Positions 63,170 to 64,000 of a stretch of 64,000 nt of DNA are shown piece by piece (position 1 is the first letter of the stretch; each line of letters begins with the position of its first letter). The translations under genes were made by a program, and so were the position numbers. The notes beneath the pieces were generated by a model. That model was not told the origin of the DNA and made no database searches. It worked only from the letters and a program-made list of their open reading frames with translations. This DNA is from Monocercomonoides exilis PA203 (Eukaryota; Protista; Preaxostyla): assembly GCA_001643675.2 (NCBI GenBank), contig LSRY02000008.1, forward strand, positions 1,488,001 to 1,552,000. The letters run 5' to 3'.

Positions 63170-64000
63170 ATGGATACAGCTGCATTGGGATATTTTGCGA
63201 CGCTTTGCCAAGATGCGTGGGGAAGAGAAGGAAAAGGAAGAACTTCTGTGAATGAATTTAATTTCTCATCTTTTTGCCAATATTTCGCTTCACCTTCTAT
63301 TTCCCTTGTATCCCTCTCCAAATTATCATTTTTCAACATCTCAACAGCAAATGATGTATGCTCACCTTCAGCCACTACGTCAACCCAAACCATATGTCTG
63401 ATGAGCAGTTGCTCATTTTTATCTGTTTGTGATGCATATGATGGCGGAATTGTTCCTTCTCTGAACAACCCCTTGGCTTCCTTATCTGTTTCGAACACAT
63501 CATTCGTTGGATGTTGTCGGACAAGGAATGTTGAATGCATTGGAACTTCAGAAGTTCCATTGAAACCAGACAGACAGAATGAAACATTCAATGGAGCTAA
63601 TTCATTCACTTGGTGTGAATGGAGTGGATCGAAGGCAACAGGAAAAGGTGAAACATATTCCGATGGCACTTCGAACGGTGGCGCAATATTCATGTATGGT
63701 CAATCGTCCGCAACTGTTTCAGTTTCGCATTGTGCATTCAATGAATGTGTTGCGTATTACGCAGGCGGAGGGATTTCATGCTATAGCATTAAATCAGTTG
63801 AGATTGTGAATAACACATTTAATGCTTGTGCTTCTGAAACATGGATTGGAGGAGGGGTGTTCGTTTTTACGATTTCAACATGCGTTCGGATCAGCGGATG
63901 TGAATTCCAGAATTGCAAAGCAAATAATGGTGGAGGAGGCTTAAGATTAGAAAATTTTCAGGTTTCAGGAACTGGATGTATTGGAAATGAAAATGGTGGA
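63170..64000 (+). CDS. Cassette I (runs off the window; absent from the ORF track)
   Basis: Hand translation from ATG 63170 gives MDTAALGYFATLCQDAWGREGKGRTSVNEFNFSSFCQYFASP...GGAIFMYGQSS...GTGCIGNENGG, open for 277 codons. Confidence 0.75.
   Translation, partial: MDTAALGYFATLCQDAWGREGKGRTSVNEFNFSSFCQYFASPSISLVSLSKLSFFNISTANDVCSPSATTSTQTICLMSSCSFLSVCDAYDGGIVPSLNNPLASLSVSNTSFVGCCRTRNVECIGTSEVPLKPDRQNETFNGANSFTWCEWSGSKATGKGETYSDGTSNGGAIFMYGQSSATVSVSHCAFNECVAYYAGGGISCYSIKSVEIVNNTFNACASETWIGGGVFVFTISTCVRISGCEFQNCKANNGGGGLRLENFQVSGTGCIGNENGG

Larger units (their letters stand above)
48007..63307. repeat. Palindrome P3, ~15.3 kb, axis ~55673; near-identical core ~49380-61950 with a diverged periphery
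   Basis: Mirror ORFs 52666-54525/56820-58679, 50555-51121/60199-60765 and 48603-48821/62499-62717. The outermost identical block is 48007-48070/63244-63307. Confidence 0.95.

Noticed and set aside
6394-64000. Diversity-generating retroelement, transposase, recombinase or protelomerase driving the system
   Set aside because: No ORF with RT, DDE, tyrosine-recombinase or HUH motifs was recognised, and the variation is not obviously adenine-specific.
1-64000. Non-standard genetic code (TAA/TAG = Gln, as in some oxymonads)
   Set aside because: ORFs of 500-600 codons contain Gln but no in-frame TAA/TAG, so the standard code fits.
1-64000. CRISPR array, rRNA or tRNA genes
   Set aside because: No repeat-spacer structure or RNA-gene signature was found by eye.

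Overview
AT-rich, intron-bearing eukaryotic DNA in the standard genetic code. The style resembles the oxymonad Monocercomonoides; this is an impression and was not verified. Apart from one Pho80/Pcl-type cyclin gene at the left end, the window is dominated by 13 copies of one Cys/Gly/Ser-rich coding cassette with repeating GG(A/G)-hydrophobic...FxxC motifs (Pmp/adhesin-like beta-helix). I label them A, B, C, C', B', A', D, E, F, G, H, H', I. The cassettes sit in three large palindromes: P1 2466-30795 (axis ~16638), P2 41908-47364 (axis ~44558) and P3 ~48007-63307 (axis ~55673); P2 and P3 interlock at cassette G. In all three, the innermost cassettes point towards the axis and stop 1.1-1.7 kb from it. 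The arms are nearly identical internally, and each centre is a 180-320 bp imperfect hairpin rather than a unique spacer. The cassettes show no obvious signal peptide or anchor, most are frameshifted at the 5' end, and they are patchworks of segments shared with different paralogues. Best interpretation (inference): a palindrome-organised archive of partial surface-protein cassettes diversified by segmental gene conversion. Assembly or polishing artefacts must be excluded, especially for the centres and the single-base frameshifts.
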